IMG/VR virus record: IMGVR_UViG_3300034110_001238
DNA length: 64,000 nucleotides
Direction: 5' to 3' (one strand)
DNA from: an uncultured virus (IMG/VR IMGVR_UViG_3300034110_001238)
Taxonomy: Duplodnaviria > Heunggongvirae > Uroviricota > Caudoviricetes
Part shown: positions 1 to 7,629 of the stretch, one piece after another
Layout: each line of letters starts with the position of its first letter
How positions within the stretch are numbered: the stretch's first letter is position 1
The notes under the pieces: model-generated
Told to the model about the DNA's origin: nothing
The model's input: the letters and a program-made list of their open reading frames with translations, nothing else
Databases searched by the model: none
Program-made: the position numbers and the translations under genes

Positions 1-276
1 AGTTTGTTTCACGAAATCAAAGACACTGCCAACATCAGTAGTAGGTCTACCATAATAAGCGTCTACTTCTTTTTTGTTTGTCTTCAAAAGTGTTAGAATA
101 TCACTTCTGTCTAAATATTCTTTTTTAGCCAATTCACGAAATGAATTTTGACCATCAATAGTAAAGGCTATCTTTGCTTTGTCATCATTGATGTGTCTTA
201 TTGTGCCGATTGTCTGTTTCTTGCCATTTATATCATAATAAGCAATTTCTTCGCCAATTAATTTGTAATAATCCAT
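1..276 (-). CDS. Hypothetical protein, partial (runs off window start)
   Basis: Manual translation: ATG at 276, MDYYKLIGEEIAYYDINGKK..., open to position 1. Confidence 0.6.
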   Translation of the reverse strand, partial: MDYYKLIGEEIAYYDINGKKQTIGTIRHINDDKAKIAFTIDGQNSFRELAKKEYLDRSDILTLLKTNKKEVDAYYGRPTTDVGSVFDFVKQT

Positions 277-333
277 TGTTATTTTCTATTGTTTTCTATA
301 TAATAGTGTAGCACATAAAGGTAAATATAAAAG

Positions 334-786
334 ATGGATAATATAATATTTCTAGATATTGATGGTGTTTTAAAACATCCAACAAAGAATGTTTGGTATC
401 CAGAGGCTATTTCCTACTTGAATGCTTACTGCAGCCATAATAACATCAACATCGTTATCTCATCAACATGGAGATTTCTTAAAGACTTAGAATTCTTCAA
501 TCAGATTCTTAATAATAAAGTAATAGGGATAACCGATGACCTATCGGAACGATACAAAGAGTATACACGTCAGTATGAATGTTTAAATTTTGTGTCGAAA
601 AATAAAATAAAAAACTATATCATGCTGGATGATAAAATATCAGAGTATAAAGATATACCCTATCTTATTGCTGTCAATGCTAATGTGGGTATTGATTTGA
701 GCACTGTGTTTAAGATAAATAGTATATTCAAAGGCAATCTTGATTATTTAATTACTGAAACTATTAATATTACGGATAAGTTTTAA
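334..786 (+). CDS. HAD-superfamily phosphatase (HAD_SAK_2 / RNA-repair-associated type)
   Basis: Motifs FLDIDGVL, VISSTWR and MLDD. Confidence 0.8.
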   Translation: MDNIIFLDIDGVLKHPTKNVWYPEAISYLNAYCSHNNINIVISSTWRFLKDLEFFNQILNNKVIGITDDLSERYKEYTRQYECLNFVSKNKIKNYIMLDDKISEYKDIPYLIAVNANVGIDLSTVFKINSIFKGNLDYLITETINITDKF

Positions 787-820
787 TACTGATTAAAAAA
801 ATATATCACAAAATAAATAA

Positions 821-849
821 AAAAAAGAGAACTATGAAGTTCTCTTTTT
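821..849. terminator. Bidirectional intrinsic terminator
   Basis: AAAAAGAGAAC-TATGAA-GTTCTCTTTTT between convergent genes. Confidence 0.8.
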
Positions 850-862
850 GTATTGTCTTCAA

Positions 863-1648
863 TTATTTAAACATGAATTGAATTTGACCGATTGTTTTTC
901 TTTCTTCGCAAGAAGTCTTTTCAAACTTATCAGACAAAGGATTGACACCATGCACTTCAACGGCTGCAAATTCTTTATAAACAGGGTTTTCAGAATTTGT
1001 TAAGTCTCTGCAAAAACTGCCTAAATAATTTTTATACGTGAGAATATTCGGTTTTTCTTCGGTTACAGTTGTTGATTTACCATCTTTATGGCTGGTGGTG
1101 CTATACTGGCCTGCTTTTAACAAATAAACATTACCCGGTAGTGTGCCTTTCACTGTTCCACAACTTGAAACATCGGTAAAATAGCCAATTCCTTTGTTGG
1201 GTGATGGCAAACATTTTCCACCTAAAACACTTTGTTTAATACTCAATAATTTGTTTTCAATAAATGTATTATTTTTATTTTCATAAAAGCTATTTAATGC
1301 AAACGTAGTAATACAGAAAAAAAGTAGTAAACAAAGTGAAGTTGTCATACTCATTATATTAATACAAGAACCTGATTTTTCCATAATGTCTTTTACAACA
1401 CTGCGTCTAACAAAATTATAAATCGTCACCAATACCATAAAGGCAATCGCAAATAATTGAATCATTCTAAATCCATGTGAGAAATCTATGTATTCAGATC
1501 TTTGTCCATTAACCACTTGATTGAATGTATAGCTTTCAATTAACATCGGCCCAAATCCTAACACAATAATAAGGCTGGGAACCAATGATATTATTGCCAT
1601 GATAATCGTTTTATCATGTTTTTCTATAAATTTTTTTAACTTGCTCAT
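863..1648 (-). CDS. Membrane protein with three N-terminal TM segments and a Cys-containing extracytoplasmic domain
   Basis: Hydrophobic segments in the N-terminal half; AGGAG SD. Confidence 0.6.
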   Translation of the reverse strand: MSKLKKFIEKHDKTIIMAIISLVPSLIIVLGFGPMLIESYTFNQVVNGQRSEYIDFSHGFRMIQLFAIAFMVLVTIYNFVRRSVVKDIMEKSGSCINIMSMTTSLCLLLFFCITTFALNSFYENKNNTFIENKLLSIKQSVLGGKCLPSPNKGIGYFTDVSSCGTVKGTLPGNVYLLKAGQYSTTSHKDGKSTTVTEEKPNILTYKNYLGSFCRDLTNSENPVYKEFAAVEVHGVNPLSDKFEKTSCEERKTIGQIQFMFK

Positions 1649-1723
1649 GCTTGATCTCCTTAAGTCTACATCAATAATACTTTTTAAAAGCTATTTTACA
1701 AGCTCAGTTCAAAAATATTGTAA

Positions 1724-2677
1724 TTAAATCAAAGTCATTTTTAAAATATTAAAGTTGTCAACCACATTTTGTTTGGCTTCTGGTTCAAATGTATCATCTA
1801 ATTTATAGAAAATAGCTATCTTTTTGTTAATAAGTACACCAATTTCCATCATCCATTTATCAAAAATACTTTCTAATTCTGAAAAAGTCTTAATCGGATC
1901 TTGTTGGTTAATATTCATCAATGAATAACTCTCATCATTATTTAAAGCATGAAAAGCAATATCTGGTTGTTTTTTATCGAAACCTAATATTTTTGCTTGT
2001 ATTGAATGCATATGAAAAGGCCAAGCATTAAATTTAAAAGCAACATTAGCAGTATTCAAATCTTTAAATGTTTCACTATTTACAAATTGAAGCTCTCCAA
2101 AATGAAGGCATTGCGTATCATAGTCATAGTAAAGAATCAAGCTTCCAAAATCATCAAACTCAAAATGAAATTTCATTCGAGGTTTTAACATAAAGCTTTC
2201 ATTAACGTAATATTGAAAGCTAATAGAAATATGTAATCCAGCCGGGGCTAACCTGTTAAATGTTTCGTTAACATGCAAACGTTTAACACACTCCTTGTTA
2301 ACTATAAACATATCTTCTGTTACGGTTAAAGGCTCCAAGTCAACTTCAAACAATTCTTTAAAAATTGCGTTCTTATGAAGAAGATCAAAGACTTGCTGAT
2401 AATACTTAATATGTTCTTTGGTGTGCATTTCTGGAAAATTCTTTTCATAATACGCATGGTATTTAGGAGAATCATCATAACCTATCAGAATAGCTCCATC
2501 TTCTGGTACATACTTAAACTCAGCAACATGTTCTTTGTTGAAGTCTTTAATAACAATATACGTGCCAGCAAAATCTGCAAAATCTAATTTAGTTTTTAAG
2601 AGGGTTGAGACATCAAAAGGTTTTGGATATTTCTTTCTAATATTTTTTGTAATATTTTTTAATGAATTTCGAATCAT
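1724..2677 (-). CDS. Hypothetical protein, paralog of 2704..3534, MxxI tail
   Basis: Shares EDGAI, QYY, PRMK and LxxYYDY with the neighbour; ends KMTLI. Confidence 0.75.
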   Translation of the reverse strand: MIRNSLKNITKNIRKKYPKPFDVSTLLKTKLDFADFAGTYIVIKDFNKEHVAEFKYVPEDGAILIGYDDSPKYHAYYEKNFPEMHTKEHIKYYQQVFDLLHKNAIFKELFEVDLEPLTVTEDMFIVNKECVKRLHVNETFNRLAPAGLHISISFQYYVNESFMLKPRMKFHFEFDDFGSLILYYDYDTQCLHFGELQFVNSETFKDLNTANVAFKFNAWPFHMHSIQAKILGFDKKQPDIAFHALNNDESYSLMNINQQDPIKTFSELESIFDKWMMEIGVLINKKIAIFYKLDDTFEPEAKQNVVDNFNILKMTLI

Positions 2678-2703
2678 GTGGATATCCTTATATTTTAATA
2701 GTG

Positions 2704-3534
2704 TTAGATAAGTGCCATTTTAATCAAACTTAAATGTTCAAGCACTTTTTTTGTATCAGTAACTTCAATGAGTTCATCCATTTTGTAGGCAACAAAAGCC
2801 TGTTTATTTAGCCGAGAACCCATTTCCAACATCCAACAAGTGAATACTAGGTTTAAATGTTCATCATCACTGAATGAATCATTCGCCTTCATATTAAATA
2901 ATTCAATGGTTTGTGTATCATCAAGTTTAACAATATTATTGGATTCAATAAGGCTGGCCTTGCCAAAATGGAAGCTGTTAGATGAATAATCATAATAGAT
3001 AACAAGACTACCACAACTGCTAAATGAAAACTCAATTTTCATGCGTGGGGTGATTTTGCCATGTTCATTAATATAGTATTGAAGGCCGATTGAACTATCA
3101 GAACGACCACTGTTGCCTAAAAAATAGAAACAGTCAATTAATGAAACGCCACGTCTATGCTCATCACTGATATCAAACATATTTTTATTAATATGACCTA
3201 ATGAATGTTTTAGAACATACTCTTTAACAAGCGGATTATCATAAAACAAATCGAATGCTTTTTGATAGATATCCAAGTATTGTTCATCATAATATTCTGG
3301 AAAATGTTGTTCACGTTCTTGTTTATATAATTGTGAGTTATTGTAACCTGAAATAATTGCACCATCTTCTTTAAGGTATTGAAAACGAGCAAGAGTTCGC
3401 TTATTAATATCTTCAATAACAACAAAGTCTATCATTTCGCCTTCAAGTTCTTCCTTATAATTGGATACTTTAAAAGGGCTTTTGTAGTGTGTCTTTAGTG
3501 TTTTATTAATATCTTTCAATGAACTTTTAATCAC
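2704..3534 (-). CDS. Hypothetical protein, paralog of 1724..2677, MxxI tail
   Basis: GTG start with GAGG SD; ends KMALI. Confidence 0.75.
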   Translation of the reverse strand: MIKSSLKDINKTLKTHYKSPFKVSNYKEELEGEMIDFVVIEDINKRTLARFQYLKEDGAIISGYNNSQLYKQEREQHFPEYYDEQYLDIYQKAFDLFYDNPLVKEYVLKHSLGHINKNMFDISDEHRRGVSLIDCFYFLGNSGRSDSSIGLQYYINEHGKITPRMKIEFSFSSCGSLVIYYDYSSNSFHFGKASLIESNNIVKLDDTQTIELFNMKANDSFSDDEHLNLVFTCWMLEMGSRLNKQAFVAYKMDELIEVTDTKKVLEHLSLIKMALI

Positions 3535-3593
3535 AATAATTCCTCATAGTAAAATAATGATTAATTATAACACAAAACAAAAAAACAGGCAAT

Positions 3594-3619
3594 AAAAAAG
3601 AGAACTATGAAGTTCTCTT
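3594..3619 (-). terminator. Intrinsic terminator of the tRNA array
   Basis: AAGAGAAC-TTCATA-GTTCTCTT plus T run on the minus strand, just after the last tRNA. Confidence 0.8.
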
Positions 3620-3628
3620 GATTTGATT

Positions 3629-3704
3629 TGGTGGAGAAGATGGGATTCGAACCCACGACCTCTTGTATGCCATACAAGCGTTCTACCAACTGAACTACGA
3701 CCCC
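3629..3704 (-). tRNA. tRNA-Ala(GGC)
   Basis: Cloverleaf; anticodon arm CTTGT-ATGGCAT-ACAAG; G3:U70; encoded CCA; two acceptor-stem mismatches. Confidence 0.85.
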
Positions 3705-3713
3705 ATAATAAAG

Positions 3714-3835
3714 TAGAAAGGAATGGATTCGAACCATTACCACTATCACATGGCCTATAAATTACTAGAATTTATCTGACATATGATTTACGTTACCGGG
3801 TCATCCCGGCTGCTCTCCCGTTAAGCTACCTTTCT
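3714..3835 (-). ncRNA. tRNA-like RNA with a non-canonical anticodon loop and a ~55-nt hairpin in the variable-arm position
   Basis: Acceptor AGAAAGG/CCTTTCT, D arm TAGCTTAACGGGAGAGC, T arm AATGG-TTCGAAT-CCATT; no encoded CCA. Confidence 0.7.
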
Positions 3836-3842
3836 ATTAATC

Positions 3843-3917
3843 TGGTGGTTCTGCAAGGAATCGAACCTTAATCATCCCGTTATGAGCGGGGTGCATTTAC
3901 CGTTATGCTACAGAACC
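3843..3917 (-). tRNA. tRNA with CAT anticodon (Met or Ile2)
   Basis: Acceptor GGTTCTG/CAGAACC; loop CT-CAT-AA; CCA. Confidence 0.85.
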
Positions 3918-3934
3918 ATAATTTACATCTAATT

Positions 3935-4011
3935 TGGTGGGACTTGTAAGACTTGAACTTACGACCTGCCGATTATGAGTCGGATGCTCTAACCAACTGA
4001 GCTAAAATCCC
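3935..4011 (-). tRNA. tRNA-Ile2(CAT), lysidine type, reads AUA (Met not excluded)
   Basis: TAGCTCAGTTGGTTAGAGCATCCGACTCATAATCGG..GGTC resembles enterobacterial tRNA-Ile2; CCA. Confidence 0.8.
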
Positions 4012-4082
4012 ATAGTGAATGAATGCCCCCGTAAACCACGGCTTCAATCCAGTCTTACCTTTACAGTAAAACTCCCTTATTC

Positions 4083-4159
4083 TGGCGTCCGTGATAGGAT
4101 TTGAACCTACGACCTTCCGCTTAGGAGGCAGACGCTCTATCCAACTGAGCTACACGGAC
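4083..4159 (-). tRNA. tRNA-Arg(CCT)
   Basis: TCTGC-CTCCTAA-GCGGA; A20 in D loop; GCCA end. Confidence 0.9.
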
Positions 4160-4169
4160 AAAACAAAAC

Positions 4170-4244
4170 TGGTGGACCGTCAGGGACTCGAACCCAGCAC
4201 TCCTGCGTGCAAGGCAGGTATTTTCCCAGCTAAACTAACAGCCC
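4170..4244 (-). tRNA. tRNA-Ala(TGC)
   Basis: CCTGC-CTTGCAC-GCAGG; G3:U70; ACCA. Confidence 0.9.
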
Positions 4245-4441
4245 ATAATAGTATTTCCGCTAACGCTTCAACGATAATAAATATCTCCACGCTTCGAGGT
4301 AACGGTAAATACTTACCGGATATACTTATCAGAAGTCATACTGCAGTGATTAAGCTGCTTCAATCATACGTGACCAGTATACTAGTTGCTAATCAGGCAA
4401 CATGTATCGTTTAAATAAGTTGAATAATCAACTAACTAATT

Positions 4442-4517
4442 TGGCATTCCCAGTAGGACTCGAACCTACAACCGATGACTTAGAAGGTCATTGCTCTTCC
4501 AGTTGAGCTATGAGAAT
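4442..4517 (-). tRNA. tRNA-Arg(TCT)
   Basis: ATGAC-CTTCTAA-GTCAT; GCCA. Confidence 0.9.
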
Positions 4518-4533
4518 ATAAAAAACTATTATT

Positions 4534-4607
4534 TGGTGGAGTCTGAAAGTTTTGACCTTTCATTTACAAGTTGCCTTGTTGTTTTCCGATAGTTAAACTA
4601 AAACCCC
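4534..4607 (-). ncRNA. tRNA-Ala-like RNA with the anticodon loop replaced by a GCAA tetraloop
   Basis: Acceptor GGGGTTT/AGACTCC-ACCA with G3:U70; arm ACAAG-GCAA-CTTGT; T arm GAAAG-GTCAAAA-CTTTC. Confidence 0.75.
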
Positions 4608-4624
4608 TTATAAAACTTTAAAAC

Positions 4625-4701
4625 TGGTGGACACATATGAGATTTGAACTCATGACATCCTGCTTGCAAGGCAGGCGTTCTACCAACTGAACTAATGGCC
4701 C
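4625..4701 (-). tRNA. tRNA-Ala(TGC)
   Basis: CCTGC-CTTGCAA-GCAGG; G3:U70; one-base bulge in acceptor stem. Confidence 0.85.
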
Positions 4702-4716
4702 ATAAAACTTATAAAC

Positions 4717-4791
4717 TGGTGGAGCTATATGGACTCGAACCATATTCTTTAGAAAAAATCCCAAGGTTTTGCCAGTTAAACTAAAAGCCCC
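4717..4791 (-). ncRNA. tRNA-Ala-like RNA with a degenerate U-rich anticodon arm
   Basis: GGGGCT...AGCTCC-ACCA acceptor, intact D and T arms; arm TTGGGATTTTTTCTAA has no 7-nt loop. Confidence 0.7.
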
Positions 4792-4808
4792 ATTGTATTA
4801 CTTAAATC

Positions 4809-4883
4809 TGGTGGACCGACAGAGAATCGAACTCTGAACTCCTGCGTGCAAGGCAAGTGTTTTCCCAGTTAAACTATCAGCCC
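4809..4883 (-). tRNA. tRNA-Ala(TGC)
   Basis: CTTGC-CTTGCAC-GCAGG; G3:U70; ACCA. Confidence 0.9.
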
Positions 4884-4903
4884 ATATCTGGTTACATCTA
4901 ATT

Positions 4904-4980
4904 TGGTGTCTACGGTTGGATTCGAACCAACGACCATCCGCTTAGAAGGCGGATGCTCTATCCAACTGAGCTACGCAGAC
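4904..4980 (-). tRNA. tRNA-Arg(TCT)
   Basis: TCCGC-CTTCTAA-GCGGA; ACCA. Confidence 0.9.
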
Positions 4981-5004
4981 ATATTTCTTTCTATACAACT
5001 AATC

Positions 5005-5079
5005 TGGTGGACCGTCAGAGAATCGAACTCTGAACATCTGCGTGCAAGGCAGGTATTTTCCCAGTTAAACTAACAGCCC
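5005..5079 (-). tRNA. tRNA-Ala(TGC)
   Basis: Near-copy of 4170..4244 and 4809..4883. Confidence 0.9.
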
Positions 5080-5120
5080 ATATTTTAAATTTGATCTAAA
5101 ACAAATCAAGCCAACAAATT

Positions 5121-5198
5121 TGGTGGAGACAAAGAGAATCGAACTCTTCACAGTCTGCGTGCAAGGCAAACTCGCCATCCCTTGGAACATGTGCCCCC
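5121..5198 (-). tRNA. tRNA-Ala(TGC) with an atypical D arm
   Basis: Acceptor GGGGGCA/TGTCTCC; loop CTTGCAC; D region CATGTTCCAAGGGATGGCG. Confidence 0.8.
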
Positions 5199-5254
5199 AT
5201 ATTTATTCTTTATGAAGTGTTTTTCTTTTTGCTTCTCAACTCTTCATGTTTAAC

Positions 5255-5283
5255 ATCATACCAACTCTTTTCTTCTTTGTCAA
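5255..5283 (-). promoter_or_regulatory. Sigma70 promoter P2, proximal to the tRNA array
   Basis: TTGACA-17 nt-TATGAT with TG extended -10. Confidence 0.8.
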
Positions 5284-5374
5284 CAACTATTTTAAATTAT
5301 TTTAAACTATTTTTCTTTTAAAATCAACAATATACATTTATTAGGGTAATACACTACCCTTCTCAAAAAGGCAT

Positions 5375-5408
5375 AAAAAAAGCCTTTGAGTTATTACCCT
5401 CAAAGGCT
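5375..5408 (-). terminator. Attenuator terminator
   Basis: AGCCTTTGAG-GGTAATAA-CTCAAAGGCT plus T6. Confidence 0.85.
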
Positions 5409-5467
5409 CCACATTCGTTTGCCAGAGGGTTTAGCGTGTGCTAACCCCTCTCAATGAGATTAGCTCA

Positions 5468-5509
5468 CTAAGATATCGCTCTGGCTCTTATAGTTAATTG
5501 AATGTTCAT
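5468..5509 (-). CDS. Leader peptide MNIQLTIRARAIS (tRNA-array attenuator)
   Basis: AGGAA SD 8 nt upstream; codons ATA AGA GCC AGA GCG ATA; followed by alternative hairpins and a terminator. Confidence 0.75.
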   Translation of the reverse strand: MNIQLTIRARAIS

Positions 5510-5537
5510 AAAATAAATTCCTATTTAATATTTTTCA

Positions 5538-5566
5538 ATTATAAACCTATTTTCAAAAAAAGTCAA
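5538..5566 (-). promoter_or_regulatory. Sigma70 promoter P1 of the leader and tRNA array
   Basis: TTGACT-17 nt-TATAAT. Confidence 0.8.
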
Positions 5567-5585
5567 TGAAATAAGATCATTTTAT

Positions 5586-6842
5586 TTAAATGGTGAATGT
5601 TTTCTCAACAATCTGTGGTTTATTGAGATATCCAGCCAAGTTTTGACCTTTTTTCTTATTATAGCATTTAGGACACCAAGACTTTCTATGTCGAATAGAT
5701 GAATAGGTTGTATTCCATGTATGTCCGTCAGCACATTCAAACATTAAAGGTGATGTTGAATTGACATAAACAGTCGAAAGAAATTTCCCACCCTTTAGTT
5801 TTGCATGAGCATGCATATCAGCCATAGGATCAACCAATTTATTCTTAGCACAATAGGGACACCATTTGTCACCATAAATAATGGAATCACTGGCTGTATC
5901 AAAAGAATGGCCCTTAGCACAAACAAAACTCTGTTTTTCTTTTAAATTTTTAACACTAACAGATAGACATTGACCACCTTTTGAACGTGCAATTTCTGAA
6001 ATTTCTTCTAATGTGTTACTTTCTCTTAGTCTCCCATTACAATAAGGACACCAATGACCCTTTTTGATAGATTTTGGTACAGCTTCCCATTCATGTCCTT
6101 TCTCACACTTCCATTTAGCTTTTGAATGGGCACCTAAATATTTAACTGATAAACATTCACCTTTCATTTTGTTTGCCAATTCTTTTAATTCATTAATTTT
6201 TGAACTTGCAAAAGGTAACTTTTTAAATTTAGTAATATGTTGTTCAGTAACTTCAACACCTAATTCTACTTTGAAAATTTCAGTTAGGTATGAAATAAAG
6301 TTTTCACGAGAATAGCCATCTTCTAAATACTTAATCTCAATAAGGTTGATATCATTAGCTGCACAAAGCGTTCTTACTTTCAAGTCGCGTTCCTGTTGGT
6401 ATTCAAATGATTTATTGGCACGGTCATGAAAATGAGGTATATAATGATAATGTTGTTCGCCATGATACTCAAAGGCAATCTTTAAATCAGCATTAAAACC
6501 ATCCAGAATACACTTTCTTTCACCATCAATGTGAAGCCATTCAGGGCTAGATCCCTTAAAGGGTTTATTAAAAACAGTTTCGAAGAATTGTCGAACAAGG
6601 TTTTCAGTTTTATTTGAGCGACATGATGGGCACCATGTGCCACGTTTAATATCATTAGGTCGTGCTGACCATTCATGATTATCAATGCATCTAAAATTCA
6701 TCTTGATATTGCTTGCCATATACTCATTATCCAAGCATTCACCACCATTTTCGGTAGCAATAGCAATGATTTCAAGATAATGATCAGCTTTCGTTTTCAA
6801 CGATTTGCTTTTATTAGGCGACAATTCAGTTTTTTTAACCAT
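5586..6842 (-). CDS. Zn-ribbon-repeat endonuclease (putative free-standing homing endonuclease)
   Basis: Four C..xHxW/F...WCPxC repeats plus a restriction-fold-like LDGFN...AFEYHGEQHY motif. Confidence 0.7.
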   Translation of the reverse strand: MVKKTELSPNKSKSLKTKADHYLEIIAIATENGGECLDNEYMASNIKMNFRCIDNHEWSARPNDIKRGTWCPSCRSNKTENLVRQFFETVFNKPFKGSSPEWLHIDGERKCILDGFNADLKIAFEYHGEQHYHYIPHFHDRANKSFEYQQERDLKVRTLCAANDINLIEIKYLEDGYSRENFISYLTEIFKVELGVEVTEQHITKFKKLPFASSKINELKELANKMKGECLSVKYLGAHSKAKWKCEKGHEWEAVPKSIKKGHWCPYCNGRLRESNTLEEISEIARSKGGQCLSVSVKNLKEKQSFVCAKGHSFDTASDSIIYGDKWCPYCAKNKLVDPMADMHAHAKLKGGKFLSTVYVNSTSPLMFECADGHTWNTTYSSIRHRKSWCPKCYNKKKGQNLAGYLNKPQIVEKTFTI

Positions 6843-6951
6843 AATACAATTCCTTAAATTTGGATTATTATACCATAATACTATTCAATTATCTAGAGTT
6901 TTTTATTTGATTTATTTTATGATTATGTTAATATTATAGGAATTTAGGAGC

Positions 6952-7617
6952 ATGAGCATGACAGTCAACGATTTTCCACCAATTCTCAGCCATTTAGGTA
7001 CACAAGTGGGTAAAAAAGATGAATTAATTTTAGTAATCCCTAAGACAAGTAAGCTTTATTATATATTCACAAAAGAAGAAGACACTTACAAAAATAATAC
7101 TAATCAGTTTATCAATAGTTTAAAATCATTAATAGCTTATGAAGATATTGAAGAACATATCACCAGTATTGAAAAAAATGAAACATCAATTACGGTAATC
7201 ATTAATCTTAAACATATAAAATATCAAACAATCACAGTAGGTGATGACTACAATTCAAAGAACCCATTTGTATTTGAATATACGATTGGACATGGCTATG
7301 TAATCAATATACAAATGATAACCATTCGTTATACACAAGACGATATTGTTGAATTATATCAAGAAACAAAACAGTTAGTCAAAAAATGCAAAGACGCTTT
7401 AATTAGAATTGGCTATACTTCCCATTTTTATTCATCCAAATACAAAAATGATAAAAATATAGTACAAGTTTGGATTCGGCCTGAAAAAATCTCGTGTACA
7501 TTAACGTTATCAATCTATGAAAAATATGTATATAAAAATTATAACAACTTAGACAAACTAATGAAAGAAAATAACCTTGATAAACAATACCAAATACTTG
7601 ACACCATTTTAAAATAG
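6952..7617 (+). CDS. Hypothetical protein, paralog of 7630..8394
   Basis: Shared FPPI/FPMI, VGxKx, IPxTSxL and LDxxY...ILK. Confidence 0.7.
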   Translation: MSMTVNDFPPILSHLGTQVGKKDELILVIPKTSKLYYIFTKEEDTYKNNTNQFINSLKSLIAYEDIEEHITSIEKNETSITVIINLKHIKYQTITVGDDYNSKNPFVFEYTIGHGYVINIQMITIRYTQDDIVELYQETKQLVKKCKDALIRIGYTSHFYSSKYKNDKNIVQVWIRPEKISCTLTLSIYEKYVYKNYNNLDKLMKENNLDKQYQILDTILK

Positions 7618-7629
7618 GAGAAAAATATA

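Noticed and set aside
3714..3835. tmRNA, intron-containing tRNA or tRNA-Sec
   Set aside because: Too short for tmRNA or a group I intron; no G3:U70 or tag ORF; the insert is in the variable arm; no TCA anticodon loop
3561..4414. ORFs 3561..3749 and 4091..4414
   Set aside because: They overlap tRNA genes and are shadow translations
3600..5200. CRISPR-like periodic repeats
   Set aside because: The recurring TGGTGGA and TCGAAC strings are tRNA 3' ends and T loops; no CRISPR array or cas gene seen in the window
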